A stretch of 64,000 nucleotides of DNA from Oceanispirochaeta sp. (GTDB lineage: Bacteria; Spirochaetota; Spirochaetia; DSM-2461), in the NCBI GenBank assembly GCA_963663385.2, contig CAXXXD010000004.1, positions 320,001 through 384,000 of the forward strand. Reading direction: 5' to 3'. This document shows positions 17,411-28,792 of this stretch, one piece after another. The notes below the pieces were generated by a model that was not told the DNA's origin, ran no database searches, and saw only the letters and a list, made by a program, of their open reading frames with translations. Numbering within the stretch: the stretch's first letter is position 1; the number at the start of each line of letters is the position of its first letter. Made by a program: the position numbers and the translations under genes.

Positions 17411-20254
17411 ATGTCTCTTAAAGCATCAGAAAAAACCATACCGAATGATCCATACGGTTTATCCATATATACATTAAGTAACGGGCTGACTCTCTATCTG
17501 TCCCGCAGAACAAGAAAACCGCGTATTGAAGCACGGATTGCTGTCAAGGCCGGTTCCGCCCAGGATCCGGAAAAATCTACCGGGGCTGCTCATATTCTGG
17601 AACACCTGATGTTTAAAGGCAGCAGCCGGATTGGCGCAATTTCTCCCCGGGAGGAAATGCAGAGTCTGGAATATATCTCCGGGCTTTTTGATCAATTGCG
17701 GAACGCGGGATCGGAGACCAGGAGAAAAGCTGTATTTGCCGAATTGGATAAGGCGAATCAGGCTGCAGCCGCCCTTGCCCTTCCCGGTGAGTATGATCGG
17801 ATTCTGAGTCACCTTGGAGCCCGGGGCGTCAATGCCTATACCAGTCTGGAAGAGACTGTTTACAAGTGTGATATCCCCTCTGTAGAACTGGAACGCTGGA
17901 TTATGGTGGAACGGGAACGTTTTTCATCCCCTGTTATGCGCTCCTTTCTGACAGAGATCGAGGCAATATACGAAGAGCTGAACCAGGAACAGGACGACGA
18001 CTTTTCCAGGGCCAGGGAACTTCTCCTTTCCAGACTCTTTCCGGATCATCCTTTCGGGAATCACTCGATTCTCGGTTTACCGGAGCATATTAAGGCACCC
18101 TCTCTGAAGGAGATTGAGGCGTACCGGGTAAGATGGTACAGGCCGGAGCATATGGCAATCTGTCTGGCCGGCGATATTGATCTTGATTATACGGTGGAGC
18201 TGTTTGAATCCCATTGGGGGAGCTGGTCTCCTCCGGCGGTTGCAGAAGCGGAAAAACCGAAACCGGCCCGCCCGGTTATAAAGGAAAAGCGGGTTCTCAT
18301 GGGGCCGGATTCGGAGTTTACAATGACAGGGTTCCGTTTCGGAGGAATCCAGTCAAAAGATTATAACCTTCTTTATATGCTGGACCTCATCCTTAATAAC
18401 AGTCAGGCCGGTCTGATTGATCTTAACCTGGTGCAGAAACAGCGCCTTCTGGAAGCAGGCAGCAGCCTGAGCAGCGCCGGTGATTACAGCTGGTTTGTGT
18501 TGTATGGTACGCCTGGACAGGGGCAGTCCCTGGGTACCGTACACAGGCTTTTGCTGAAACAGCTTGAACTGATACGGAAAGGAGACTTTGATGACCGTCT
18601 TCTTCAGGGGGTTATGAAGTATCTGGAAATAGAGAGAATACAGGAGCTGGAGAGCAACGAGCTCGTTGATGCTTTTGTGGAGTGTTATACCGAGGGCATT
18701 TCATGGCAGGACTACCTGTCCCGTCTGGATGAGCTTCGAAAAATCCGGAAAGAGGATCTTGTCCGCTTTGTGAAAAAGAATTTTAACGACGGGTACATCC
18801 GGATTGATAAAAAGGAAGGAGAAGATGCGGAAGTTCTGAAAATGGAAAAGCCGGATCTTTCGCCTGTTATTATCGAGTATAATAAGGAATCCGTCTATTT
18901 CCAGACGCTGAAAGCCAATTCTCCCGGTCCTGTAACCCCCGAGTTTCCGGATTATGGAAAAGAACTCAATAAAACAGCGCTTTCTGAAAATGTGCAACTT
19001 ATAAGTAATCTCAATAAAAACAATGAGCTTTTTGAGCTGACTTTTATATTCCCCGAGGGGAAGAGTTCATCTTCTTCTCTTCCCGTGGGAGGCGATTATT
19101 TCCCCTATATCGGTACTGACACCCTTAAGCCTGAAGAAATCCAGAAGGAGGCTTTCTTTCTGGGGCTGGAGCTCTCTTTTCAGGTAGATCTGGATCGCAG
19201 TATTGTTTCCTTATACGGGAAACAGGACGATCTTGATAGGAGCCTTCAGTTTCTCAGAAATCTTATTGTTAACGGAAAAGGATCTTCGCGTACATACAGG
19301 AAGTATGTGCAGAGTCTGCTGAAGCGGAGAAAAGATGCCAAGCTGAGTAAACGGGCATTACTGTTCGGCGGTCTCTATTCGTGGGGCCTCTACGGGGCTG
19401 ATTCTCCATTTCGGGATATTCTGGATGAAAGAGCCCTGAAGGATCTGGACCCGGATAAGCTGATGGATGAGGTCCGGCGGCTGTTCCGCCTTCCTCATAC
19501 TATCTATTACTTCGGGAGCAGTCATCCCTCCCATGTTGCAGAACTGATCAGGAAAACCCACCCCGGGTCTCTCCACTGTACCGAATCACCGAGACCTGCC
19601 AGGGTGTATAAAGAGAAAAATGCCGAGAGCCTTGTTTATTTTACACATCACGATATGGTACAGGCGGAACTGTTCCGGGTCGCTCCGGTGGCTCCTTTTT
19701 CCGAAAAGCATCTACCCTCTATCAGTCTGTTTAACGAGTTTTTCGGAACAGGGCTGAATTCTCTGGTTTTTCAGGAGATTCGTGAAGCCCGGGGTCTGGC
19801 CTATACGGCCTATTCAAGCATCTCAGTTCCCGAAAAAGCGGAAAACAGACATGTCCTTCACAGTTTTATCGGTACTCAGGGGGATAAGCTTATTAATGCG
19901 GTAGAGGCTCTGGATTCTCTTCTGCACAATATCCCGTCAGAATCCAGGCTGTTTCACGAGGCCCGGTCTTCCCTGGTTAAAAGCCAGGCTTCAGAACGGA
20001 TACTGGATGCCGATATTTTCTGGTCCTGGTGGGAATCTCATGAGCTCGGTCTGGATCCGGATTTCAGAAGATCCGTATTCCGCCAGATCGAAGAGTATAG
20101 TTATTCTCAGATGGAATCTTTTTTCAGAGAAACAATACTGGGAGCCCGGAGCAATCTGCTGGTTCTGGGGAACCGGGATGAGATTGACAGGAAGGCGCTT
20201 GAAAAAATGGGGGAGTTCCGGGAGCTTTCCCCGGAAGACCTTTTTAATTACTGA
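17411..20254 (+). CDS. M16 family zinc metallopeptidase (no signal peptide)
   Basis: HILEH inverted zincin motif, NAYTS, FQEIREARGLAY. Confidence 0.9.
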   Translation: MSLKASEKTIPNDPYGLSIYTLSNGLTLYLSRRTRKPRIEARIAVKAGSAQDPEKSTGAAHILEHLMFKGSSRIGAISPREEMQSLEYISGLFDQLRNAGSETRRKAVFAELDKANQAAAALALPGEYDRILSHLGARGVNAYTSLEETVYKCDIPSVELERWIMVERERFSSPVMRSFLTEIEAIYEELNQEQDDDFSRARELLLSRLFPDHPFGNHSILGLPEHIKAPSLKEIEAYRVRWYRPEHMAICLAGDIDLDYTVELFESHWGSWSPPAVAEAEKPKPARPVIKEKRVLMGPDSEFTMTGFRFGGIQSKDYNLLYMLDLILNNSQAGLIDLNLVQKQRLLEAGSSLSSAGDYSWFVLYGTPGQGQSLGTVHRLLLKQLELIRKGDFDDRLLQGVMKYLEIERIQELESNELVDAFVECYTEGISWQDYLSRLDELRKIRKEDLVRFVKKNFNDGYIRIDKKEGEDAEVLKMEKPDLSPVIIEYNKESVYFQTLKANSPGPVTPEFPDYGKELNKTALSENVQLISNLNKNNELFELTFIFPEGKSSSSSLPVGGDYFPYIGTDTLKPEEIQKEAFFLGLELSFQVDLDRSIVSLYGKQDDLDRSLQFLRNLIVNGKGSSRTYRKYVQSLLKRRKDAKLSKRALLFGGLYSWGLYGADSPFRDILDERALKDLDPDKLMDEVRRLFRLPHTIYYFGSSHPSHVAELIRKTHPGSLHCTESPRPARVYKEKNAESLVYFTHHDMVQAELFRVAPVAPFSEKHLPSISLFNEFFGTGLNSLVFQEIREARGLAYTAYSSISVPEKAENRHVLHSFIGTQGDKLINAVEALDSLLHNIPSESRLFHEARSSLVKSQASERILDADIFWSWWESHELGLDPDFRRSVFRQIEEYSYSQMESFFRETILGARSNLLVLGNRDEIDRKALEKMGEFRELSPEDLFNY

Positions 20255-20325
20255 TCCCCCTTTTTCTTTTGATTCTGCAATTCTCTATGGTAGAATAAAA
20301 CAAAATTGTTTTAAAAGGTGTTGGA

Positions 20326-20835
20326 ATGAAAAGGAAACTCTTTGGAATCATACTGCTTTTGGCATTTGTGATCGCTCCCCTGATGGCAGGGTCGGAAATC
20401 ACAGGGTTATGGAAGACTGTCGATGATAATACAAACGAAGTAAAATCGATTCTGAAAATTTATGAATACAGAGGGAAGTTCTTCGGAAGACTTCTGGTTA
20501 TTTTTGAAGACGGCAAACTGAAGGACAGTTATGTTGATCCATCTGTCAAAGCTGAAAATGTAAAGGGCGAACCATTTTTCGCCGGTCTTGATATTATCTG
20601 GAATCTTGAACAAAAAGGGAGTAAGTGGAGAAAAGGGAAGATTATGGATCCTCAGGAGGGGAAAATATACTCTTCGGAACTCTGGCGGGATGGGGAAAAC
20701 CTGATTGTCCGGGGAAAAATCGGTCCTTTCGGACGTAATCAGACCTGGCTGCCTGCTACGGCGGCAGACCTTCCTGCAGGAACCCCCGAGCCCCGGGAGA
20801 GCTCCCTGAAACCTATTATCCCTGAAGAAAAATAG
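20326..20835 (+). CDS. DUF2147 family secreted protein
   Basis: Signal peptide; ITGLWKTVDD, GKIMDPQEGKIY, LIVRGKIGPFGRNQTW. Confidence 0.85.
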   Translation: MKRKLFGIILLLAFVIAPLMAGSEITGLWKTVDDNTNEVKSILKIYEYRGKFFGRLLVIFEDGKLKDSYVDPSVKAENVKGEPFFAGLDIIWNLEQKGSKWRKGKIMDPQEGKIYSSELWRDGENLIVRGKIGPFGRNQTWLPATAADLPAGTPEPRESSLKPIIPEEK

Positions 20836-20849
20836 GATCGATTACTGAA

Positions 20850-20872
20850 CAGCCGGGCTTCAAACCCGGCTG
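20850..20872. terminator. Hairpin between convergent genes
   Basis: CAGCCGGG/CCCGGCTG stem; weak U-tracts. Confidence 0.5.
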
Positions 20873-20883
20873 AATTCTCCACA

Positions 20884-23694
20884 TTATTTTTCTGCCGGAT
20901 ACAGGATGATTTCCATATAATTTTCCGGATTAAAATACCGCGTTATCCTGTCCTGAAGAACTTCGGGAGTGTAGTAACCTGTCAGATAATCATTCGGGGG
21001 GATCATTTCGCGAGGCATATCCAGAAAATAGTTCCTCTCTACCCGGGAGAGCCAGTAGCTGTTCTTTTGCAGCTGTTCCTCAATATAGACTTTACGGGCT
21101 TTGGCCACATCGTCAGTAAACCGTTTTTCCGGGAGGTTTGTTTTGATATCCTCAAGAATCTCTTTTACCAGGTCTGTCAGCTCTGCAGTTCGTTCCGGAT
21201 CGCAGGAGAAGGATATGATAAAACTGTAGTCCTGGTAGGGAACCTTTGCGGGATAGGACCCGACTCCCGGTGTATATGTTCCGGAGGCTCTTTCCCGGAG
21301 CTCCTCATTGAGTATCATATCCAGAGAGTCCGTAACGGCCTGAAATACTTCAGTTTCCCTGTCGTTCCACTCCCATTCTCCTGTATAGATCATGGCTACA
21401 TAGCTTACAGGATCAATTCCGCTCTTCAGGCTGTCCCGGATTATTCCGGTGGGATAACGTACTTCCCTATCCACCCAGGAGTGTTTTGGTCCGCTGGAAG
21501 GAAGGGCTGCCAGGTATGCTGTCAGATAGGGTTCCAGCTCTTCAGGAGCTATGCTTCCGGTAAAAAAGAAAGTAAATCCTTCTGCGCTTCTGAACTGACT
21601 TCTGTAGAAATCCCATGCCCTATCCAGATCAAATTCTTTCAGGCGTTCTGCTGTAAGAGGTCGGCTGCGCACATGACCCTGATACAGGTTATAGGTGATA
21701 AGATCACTGTATTGAGTCATGGGATTGGAATCCCGGTTGGCCAGGTTGTTCTCCAGGCGTGTTATATAAGACTGCCATAGATCAGGATCTTTACCGGGAT
21801 CAGTAAAATACAGGTAACATAGCTGAAACAGATCAGTCAGATCTTCCCTGCCTGTGCTGCCGCGGAAACCGCTTGTCAGTTCATTGATTACCGGCATTAC
21901 TGTTGCTGTTGAGCCTGCCAGAATCTTCTCGATCTCCCGTTTGTCATACCCTCCCGCACCGCTCTGGATAACCGCTTGAGCCGCGTGTGTCGCAGTAATA
22001 AAATCACTATCTTCCGCCAGAGAAACACCGCCTTCTGTTACAGCTGAAAAAAGAATCTCATTCTCTTTAAAGTCAGTCTGTTTCAGAACCACCTTCGCCC
22101 CGTTGCTGAGTTCCCACTCGTATATATCAGGACCTTCGATATAATCCCTTTTAATAATCGAACCTGGTGAAGGAAGTTCGGACATTAGATTTTCCTCAAT
22201 CGTTTCCTCCTGAGGGGCTGTCGTTTCCATCTGTGAGATTTCAAAATGGATCCTGGACAGTTCTACAGGATTAATACCGTTTAAACCCTCTTTTTCAGGG
22301 TTCATTGTATAGATTACACGGTTTTCCTCAGTAAGCCATTCCCCGGCCAGTTCGAGGATTTCATCAGTTGTAATCCTGTCTATATATTTTTTGAATGTTT
22401 CGTACTGATAGCTGATACCGGGTGCGGGCTCCCTGTCCAGAAAATTCTGAACATACCAGGACGCTATCTGGGCCGATTCCGTATGGGTCCGGTTGTCATA
22501 GATGTTCTGGAATTCTGCTGACAGCTCTTTGACGGCCCTGTCCAGTTCCGTTTGTGTGAATCCATGTTCTTTCAGTTTTTTCTCTTCAAGAAGGAGTGTC
22601 TTGTAGCCCCTGTAGAAATCCTCCTCTCCAGTCAGTACTGTCATAGTATGAAACGATTTGTCCCGGGTCAGAGAAGTAAAGTCGACATAACCATAGGTGT
22701 AGGGAGGTTCCGGTTGATCCAGGAGCTCTGTCAGGCGGTTATTAAAAAGACGGATATAGAGTTCTTTTGCAATTTCCTCCCGGTAGTCCTCTTCTGTTCT
22801 AATGACAGAGTGGGGGAACTTGTTGAAAATAATCGCCGCTGTCCAGGTCGTTTCCGGATCGGACTGGGGAGAGTAGATTGTCTCCTGGTGGCAGGGGACG
22901 ACTGCTTCCTGTCTTTCCCGGGGGGTCGGAGGATTTCTGTATGCAGAAAATCTGCTGCGGATCATATTGATGACTTCTTCCGAGTCAAAATCTCCTACCG
23001 CAATAATTGACATCAGTTCCGGTCTGTACCAGTCCCTGTAGAAACGCCTGATTGCATCGGGGGTGCAGTTGAGAATCGATTCTTCGGTGCCTATGGGCAG
23101 CCGGTCCGCATAGAGAGAGCCGTACATTATATCGGCGTATGCCTTATCCATCATCCGGCGGGATGCACCAAGCCCTCTCCGCCACTCTTCGTGGATGATT
23201 CCTCTTTCATTCTCAATATCCTCTTCAAGCAGGTTCATGTGAAAAGCCCATTCCTCAAGAATCTGGAAGCCGGTTTCAAGGTTGTCCGGGTTATCCAGGG
23301 GAATCATCAGTTTGTATACAGTCTCATCAAAGGATGTATGGGCATTGATATCGGGACCAAACTGCATTCCTATTCCCTGCAGGTACTGTACCAGGTCATT
23401 TTTCTGGAAATTCCTTGTTCCGTTAAAAGCCATATGTTCAAGAAAATGAGCCATTCCCAGCTGGTCTTCATCCTCCAGTATGGAGCCTGCATTAACAGCC
23501 AGCCGCAGGTAGGCCCTCTCTTCCGGAGTACTGTTCTCTCTTACGTAGTATTTCATCCCGTTACTCAGGGTTCCGCTATGGAGAGCCGGATCCATGGGAA
23601 TCTCTTCCCTGGTCCCATTGGCGTAAAGACTGGAAATAAGAGAAAAAATGAATATAAAACTGTGAATTAATATGTAGGAACTGTGTTTTTTCAT
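20884..23694 (-). CDS. M16 family zinc metallopeptidase, PqqL-like, exported
   Basis: Signal peptide; GMAHFLEHMAFNGT, NAHTSFDETVY, RLPIG, LSNGAKVVLK. Confidence 0.9.
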   Translation of the reverse strand: MKKHSSYILIHSFIFIFSLISSLYANGTREEIPMDPALHSGTLSNGMKYYVRENSTPEERAYLRLAVNAGSILEDEDQLGMAHFLEHMAFNGTRNFQKNDLVQYLQGIGMQFGPDINAHTSFDETVYKLMIPLDNPDNLETGFQILEEWAFHMNLLEEDIENERGIIHEEWRRGLGASRRMMDKAYADIMYGSLYADRLPIGTEESILNCTPDAIRRFYRDWYRPELMSIIAVGDFDSEEVINMIRSRFSAYRNPPTPRERQEAVVPCHQETIYSPQSDPETTWTAAIIFNKFPHSVIRTEEDYREEIAKELYIRLFNNRLTELLDQPEPPYTYGYVDFTSLTRDKSFHTMTVLTGEEDFYRGYKTLLLEEKKLKEHGFTQTELDRAVKELSAEFQNIYDNRTHTESAQIASWYVQNFLDREPAPGISYQYETFKKYIDRITTDEILELAGEWLTEENRVIYTMNPEKEGLNGINPVELSRIHFEISQMETTAPQEETIEENLMSELPSPGSIIKRDYIEGPDIYEWELSNGAKVVLKQTDFKENEILFSAVTEGGVSLAEDSDFITATHAAQAVIQSGAGGYDKREIEKILAGSTATVMPVINELTSGFRGSTGREDLTDLFQLCYLYFTDPGKDPDLWQSYITRLENNLANRDSNPMTQYSDLITYNLYQGHVRSRPLTAERLKEFDLDRAWDFYRSQFRSAEGFTFFFTGSIAPEELEPYLTAYLAALPSSGPKHSWVDREVRYPTGIIRDSLKSGIDPVSYVAMIYTGEWEWNDRETEVFQAVTDSLDMILNEELRERASGTYTPGVGSYPAKVPYQDYSFIISFSCDPERTAELTDLVKEILEDIKTNLPEKRFTDDVAKARKVYIEEQLQKNSYWLSRVERNYFLDMPREMIPPNDYLTGYYTPEVLQDRITRYFNPENYMEIILYPAEK

Positions 23695-23827
23695 AGATAC
23701 GCCCTCCTGGACTAGTAAAAATTGATGATTTATTTTTGTATCCGGGATATAATCCTTTTATTCATTATCTATTTTAATGGATCGGTATTTAAAAAAATAG
23801 TAAGAATCGTTTAACAAATTCATTTTA

Positions 23828-25813
23828 TTGGTGATGTTTATGTCTATTAGAGCAAAATTGTTGGTTTTGATTTCAGTAATTATTTCATCCTTCATTGTTG
23901 TTATCGTCGGGTATTTCCTGGCTATGGCGCCGATCGAACAGATTCAGAAAGAACGGAATGTTCTTGATGATTTGCGGGGAAGGATTCTGAATGAGGAGAT
24001 TGTTATCAATCGTCTTCTCGGTCAATCCCCCTATCTCAGGAGTGTTGATGAATTCTATGAGGCTGTGGAGGAGACGAATAAGGTTTTCGCAGAAGTCGGC
24101 GAAATAGAGTATATCCGTTCAAAAAGCAAAAAAATTGCGGAGGCTCTGGATATCACAGTTCGTTTGAATCAAATGAAGATTGAGCGTCTGGAGGAATTCG
24201 AGGAGGCCGATGCCCGATTCAGGGACGCCGTTGAAGGCATTTATATTTTTATAGATTCCTTCAACTTTGTAAAAATCTATCAGGCAAAACGGTTCCGGGA
24301 AAATGCCGGAACCCGGGAAAATGCTCTGTTTAACCTGGCTTTGACTGATTTCCTGTCCCAGCACAGCATCTATGAAAATGTTCTGGACAGTTCTGTTACA
24401 GTTATAACCGAGCAGTTTGTTAACATTGACCGGGAAATTGAGAAAATCAAGCAAAATACCCTTCGTATCATTGGTCTTGTCAGTCTGGTTGTATTGATGC
24501 TGGTTTTTCTGGGCAGTTATTCCTTTGCCAATAAAATCGTTATTAATATACGGTATATAGAAGGCAGCATAAGCCGTTTGAAAGACGGGGATCTGACCAG
24601 TGTGGCTAATGTGAATTCCCGGGATGATCTGGCCCGGCTGAACAGCAATCTCTCGCTTTTTCAGAATACCATGAAGGGGATTATCGACAGGATAAAAGGC
24701 GTTTCGGATGAGAACATCAGTATCAGGGACAAGCTGATCGGTCAGGTGGAAGAGACGGAAGTAGCCAGCCGGAATATTACCATCAGTACCGATGAAATGT
24801 CTGCAGACATCCGGCAGCTGGATGAAACGGCTCGTGATTCCTATAGCTCTGTTGAAGTTATTTCCGAGAAGATCCAGAGTCTGAATAACAGTATTCTGGA
24901 GCAGACTTCCATGATTGAGGAGTCTTCGGCTGCTGTAAATGAAATGATGGCTTCCATTTCCAATGTCGAGCAGGTTACCAATAAAAAACTTGGCAGTCTG
25001 AAAGATATGGTAAGTTCCATGGAGAATGGAAATGATCAGCTGAAAGATACCTCTCTGAATATTCAGAAGATTAACAACAGCATTGATGCCATCAGGAATA
25101 TGATTTCTGTCATAGAGGATATTTCTTCCCAGACGAACCTGCTTTCCATGAATGCCGCGATTGAAGCTGCCCATGCCGGTGAGTATGGCAAGGGTTTTGC
25201 CGTTGTTTCCGATGAGATCCGGAAGCTGGCCGAAGCCTCCTCCATGAATTCCCGGGAAATCGGTACTTCTTTGAATGAAATAATTGAAAACATACGGGAA
25301 GCCACAACGTCCAGTGATACAACACTGACAACATTCTCTCAAACCGTAAAAGATGTGGAAGGCCTTTTTGGTTCCATGAATGAGATCAGTCAGAGCATGA
25401 TTGAGTTGAAGGCGGGGGGAGATCAGATTCTGACAGCCATGAACTCCCTGCAGACAATGGCTATCGATGTCCGTCAGGATTCTTCTGAAATGACAGAACA
25501 GTCTCAGACCGTTCGGACGGCTGTTGAAAATGTACAGGCCCTTTCCAGTAATGTTAACTCCGGTGTTCTGCAGGTTTCTGACGGAATCAAGGGAATCTCA
25601 GGGGCGATTTCCATTATTCAGGACATGACGGAAACCATCGGTTCTGTTGCCGAACGAATCGGAGAGGAACTGGATTTCTTCAAGACCATGATTGAGGATG
25701 AAGAGGGAATTGAGGTATCGGCAATTGATGACTTCGATTCAACCGATGAATTGGATACAGCCTCCATTGTTGTAGAAGGGCAGGAAGAAGATCTGAGTCC
25801 TGCAGAAGTATAA
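23828..25813 (+). CDS. Methyl-accepting chemotaxis protein
   Basis: Two TM helices, HAMP (GDLT...SRDDL), [38 protein letters not shown]. Confidence 0.95.
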   Translation: MVMFMSIRAKLLVLISVIISSFIVVIVGYFLAMAPIEQIQKERNVLDDLRGRILNEEIVINRLLGQSPYLRSVDEFYEAVEETNKVFAEVGEIEYIRSKSKKIAEALDITVRLNQMKIERLEEFEEADARFRDAVEGIYIFIDSFNFVKIYQAKRFRENAGTRENALFNLALTDFLSQHSIYENVLDSSVTVITEQFVNIDREIEKIKQNTLRIIGLVSLVVLMLVFLGSYSFANKIVINIRYIEGSISRLKDGDLTSVANVNSRDDLARLNSNLSLFQNTMKGIIDRIKGVSDENISIRDKLIGQVEETEVASRNITISTDEMSADIRQLDETARDSYSSVEVISEKIQSLNNSILEQTSMIEESSAAVNEMMASISNVEQVTNKKLGSLKDMVSSMENGNDQLKDTSLNIQKINNSIDAIRNMISVIEDISSQTNLLSMNAAIEAAHAGEYGKGFAVVSDEIRKLAEASSMNSREIGTSLNEIIENIREATTSSDTTLTTFSQTVKDVEGLFGSMNEISQSMIELKAGGDQILTAMNSLQTMAIDVRQDSSEMTEQSQTVRTAVENVQALSSNVNSGVLQVSDGIKGISGAISIIQDMTETIGSVAERIGEELDFFKTMIEDEEGIEVSAIDDFDSTDELDTASIVVEGQEEDLSPAEV

Positions 25814-25835
25814 TCCATAAATTATTTATAAATAC

Positions 25836-25861
25836 AAAACCCGTCCAAACGGACGGGTTTT
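25836..25861. terminator. Bidirectional intrinsic terminator
   Basis: AAAACCCGTCC-aaac-GGACGGGTTTT between convergent MCP and ilvC. Confidence 0.85.
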
Positions 25862-25880
25862 ATTAAGCCCTGCTGAATTA

Positions 25881-27344
25881 TCAGGAAAGACTTTTCATCT
25901 CGGTCATAAATCCGCGCAGCATTTTTCCCACTATTTCTATGGGGTGATTGCGGATTGCTTCATTGACCGCTATCAGTTCCAGATTGTCCACGTCCCGGGA
26001 TGCGCCTGTTCCTTTGCCGATTACATCGCTGTCCACGCTCTTCATAAAGTCCATCAGCATGGGAACGGCTGCATGAGAAAAGAGGTAGTTGCCGTATTCG
26101 GCTGTATCCGAGATAACCGCATTCATTTCATACAGCTTTTTCCGGCTGATTGTATTGGCGATCAGAGGCAGCTCATGGAGGGACTCATAATAGGCCGACT
26201 CGGGTTTGATTCCGGTTTCTGTCATTACTTCGAAAGCAAGTTCAACACCTGCTTTAACCATGGCAACCATCATAATACCGTTGTCGAAATACTCCTGTTC
26301 CGGGATCTCCATGGATCCGGCCGGAGTGGTTTCAAAAGGAGTTTTCCCTGTATCTTCCCGCCATCCCAGCAGGTCGACATCGTCTTTCTTCCAGTCTTTC
26401 ATCATGGTGGAGGAGAATTCCCCGCTCATAATATCGTCCATATGTTTTTCAAACAGAGGCCGGAGAATTCCTTTCATCTCTTCCGAAAGCTCATAGGCAC
26501 GAATCTTGTCCGAGTTGCTGAGGCGGTCCATCATGTTGGTAATACCGCCGTGTTTCAGGGCTTCCGTAATCGTTTCCCATCCGTACTGGAGGAGTTTCGC
26601 TGCGTAGTTCCTGTCCACACCCTTTTCCACCATCTTGTCGAAAAGGAGCAGAGATCCGGTTTGAAGCATCCCGCAGAGGATGGTCTGTTCGCCCATCAGG
26701 TCTGATTTTACTTCTGCTGTAAAGGAGGAGTGAAGGACGCCGGCTTTGTGACCGCCGGTGGCAGCTGCGTAGGCCATGGCAATTTCCAGTCCGTCTCTAT
26801 TGGGGTCGTTTTCGGGATGAACCGCAATCAGTGTGGGAACCCCGAATCCTCTTTTATATTCTTCCCGTACTTCTGATCCGGGAGATTTGGGTGCTACCAT
26901 AATAACGGTAATATCCTTTCTGATCTGCATCCCTTCTTCGATGATATTGAAGCCATGGGAGTAGGAAAGGCTGGCGCCCTGTTTCATCAGGGGCATAACC
27001 GCATTGATTACTGGAGTATGCTGTTTGTCAGGAGTCAGGTTCAGAACCAGATCTGCCGTGGGAATCAGGTCTTCATAAACACCAACGTTAAAACCGTTTT
27101 CCGTTGCATTGACATAGGATTGTCTTTTTTCTTTAATAGCGGCTTCTCTAAGAGCGTAGGAGATATCAAGTCCGCTGTCTCTCATATTCAGTCCCTGGTG
27201 CAGTCCCTGGGCTCCGCAACCGATGATAACAATTTTTTTCCCCTTAAGTTTTTCAACTCCGTTGAATTCGGAGCGGGAAATCATACTGCATGTACCCAGC
27301 TGGTCCAGTTTTTTTCTCAATGGCAGTGTATTAAAATAATTCAT
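25881..27344 (-). CDS. ilvC: Ketol-acid reductoisomerase, long (class II) form
   Basis: [50 protein letters not shown]; 487 aa like E. coli IlvC. Confidence 0.95.
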   Translation of the reverse strand: MNYFNTLPLRKKLDQLGTCSMISRSEFNGVEKLKGKKIVIIGCGAQGLHQGLNMRDSGLDISYALREAAIKEKRQSYVNATENGFNVGVYEDLIPTADLVLNLTPDKQHTPVINAVMPLMKQGASLSYSHGFNIIEEGMQIRKDITVIMVAPKSPGSEVREEYKRGFGVPTLIAVHPENDPNRDGLEIAMAYAAATGGHKAGVLHSSFTAEVKSDLMGEQTILCGMLQTGSLLLFDKMVEKGVDRNYAAKLLQYGWETITEALKHGGITNMMDRLSNSDKIRAYELSEEMKGILRPLFEKHMDDIMSGEFSSTMMKDWKKDDVDLLGWREDTGKTPFETTPAGSMEIPEQEYFDNGIMMVAMVKAGVELAFEVMTETGIKPESAYYESLHELPLIANTISRKKLYEMNAVISDTAEYGNYLFSHAAVPMLMDFMKSVDSDVIGKGTGASRDVDNLELIAVNEAIRNHPIEIVGKMLRGFMTEMKSLS

Positions 27345-27392
27345 AATTGTTCCTCTTTTCCCCTGAGGGGATTCGGCTTTGTATTAAGAAAA

Positions 27393-27478
27393 AAAGTAAC
27401 CCGTGTGCTCCCGGTTGTCAATCAAAGTGCAGGATTTGGTAGTGGTATTTTCGAAAGAGGTTGTTGCAAAATGTGCAA
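27393..27478 (-). promoter_or_regulatory. ilvC promoter with upstream TTGCA-N5-TGCAA (LysR/IlvY-like) box
   Basis: TTGACA (27421-27416), 17 bp, TACTTT (27398-27393); inverted repeat at 27464-27478. Confidence 0.5.
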
Positions 27479-27497
27479 TCTGTTTAGCCGATTTTGA

Positions 27498-28757
27498 TTA
27501 ATCCGGGTTACCGCCCATCCCTACGCCTGCTGTAAACTGATAAAGTCCTGTTTCCCTGTTCCAGGCGATTGTAAACTGAATGGCTGGTATGGCGAGATCG
27601 TCTATAAAGACTTCTAAACCGACTCCCGGGCCATGAAAAGAAGTGCGTCCCGCTATATCCGATTTATAGTTGCCAAACTCATAAAAGGCTTTAGATGAGA
27701 GGGTTCCCCCCGGAAAAGACCAGAGGGGGATATTATACGCAGTGGAGGACGTGATGAATTCTTCGGCTCCTATTTTCTCCATGGGCAGTATCAGGCTTCC
27801 CGGGGTCCCTCCCAGTCTGAACTGTGACTGAACAGGCAGATCTTTCGAGTATGCTCCTTCAGCTGTGAGCAGAAGAAGGTGTTTCCATAGGGTATTTATT
27901 CCCCATTTTACCTTGTATCGGATGAACTGATAATTCTCGCTTTCTTCCAAACCCCAGTTCCAGGAGTAGTCTGTACTGGCCAGCAATCCGTATTCAAAGG
28001 GGATATCATAGTATACCTCTTTCCATTTTGCCCCTATGGATAAGCCGGTTGAATTCAGATCTTCGATACCGGTCTCTCTGCTGCTGTTTTTCCGCAGTTC
28101 AGACCGGTCGTACTTCCAGCCACCCAACAGGGAGAGTTTTTTATAAACAGGGGCATCAAGTTCAAGGGTCAGGCGGATATCATCACTCTGGAAGGACCTG
28201 ATAGCTTCTTCTCCGGTATTTTCGTCAATGGTTTCGTTCAGGCCCAGACTTAACCCTGCAGAAAACCCTGTAAATGTTTTCAGAAAATCATCATCGCTGT
28301 AAAAGGAGAGGAGGGACCATCCTTCGGAACCGAAAAAATACCCCAGTCCCAGTGTTTTATTATAGCCCAGCAGGTTTCCTTCAATCCCAAGAATACCGGC
28401 CTTCCAGGTTTCATTTTTTGAGATAGAAAAAATAGGAATAGGGATGAGAGTCCACCGGTCTTTGACAATAATTTCGATTTCGGCCATCTGTTCAGCTATC
28501 GTTACATTGACTTCTATATCGGGATTGAATATCCCGGATTCTCTCATCTTCTGGATAATCCGGGATTCGGTCTCTTCAGTATAAACAGCACCGATTGATA
28601 TAGGCGAAATAATCTGTAATGCCGTATTGGTTCTGGTCCGTTTTAATCCTATAAAACTGATTTTACTGATCACAATCTCCCCGGCTGCAATTGAATGAAC
28701 AAAAAGGAACAGAAATATAAAAAGTCTTGCTTTTGTGTGTAAATTGAAGTAATTCAT
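27498..28757 (-). CDS. Omp85/BamA-TamA-like outer-membrane protein with a single POTRA domain
   Basis: ISFIGLKRT...ESGIF...IIVKDRWTLIPIP, EGNLLGYNK, FRLGG; start reassigned to ATG 28757 (signal peptide, promoter geometry). Confidence 0.7.
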   Translation of the reverse strand: MNYFNLHTKARLFIFLFLFVHSIAAGEIVISKISFIGLKRTRTNTALQIISPISIGAVYTEETESRIIQKMRESGIFNPDIEVNVTIAEQMAEIEIIVKDRWTLIPIPIFSISKNETWKAGILGIEGNLLGYNKTLGLGYFFGSEGWSLLSFYSDDDFLKTFTGFSAGLSLGLNETIDENTGEEAIRSFQSDDIRLTLELDAPVYKKLSLLGGWKYDRSELRKNSSRETGIEDLNSTGLSIGAKWKEVYYDIPFEYGLLASTDYSWNWGLEESENYQFIRYKVKWGINTLWKHLLLLTAEGAYSKDLPVQSQFRLGGTPGSLILPMEKIGAEEFITSSTAYNIPLWSFPGGTLSSKAFYEFGNYKSDIAGRTSFHGPGVGLEVFIDDLAIPAIQFTIAWNRETGLYQFTAGVGMGGNPD

Positions 28758-28763
28758 TTTTGA

Positions 28764-28792
28764 ATTATAGATTGGTTTACCCTGGAAAGCAA
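28764..28792 (-). promoter_or_regulatory. Leaderless-type promoter
   Basis: TTGCTT, 17 bp, TATAAT, 6 nt, ATG (28757); no SD. Confidence 0.6.

Noticed and set aside
24119..25342. 407-aa minus-strand ORF
   Set aside because: Antisense shadow of the MCP gene
27330..28757. ilvC and the upstream Omp85 gene both start MNYFN
   Set aside because: Different codons and no further similarity; likely coincidence
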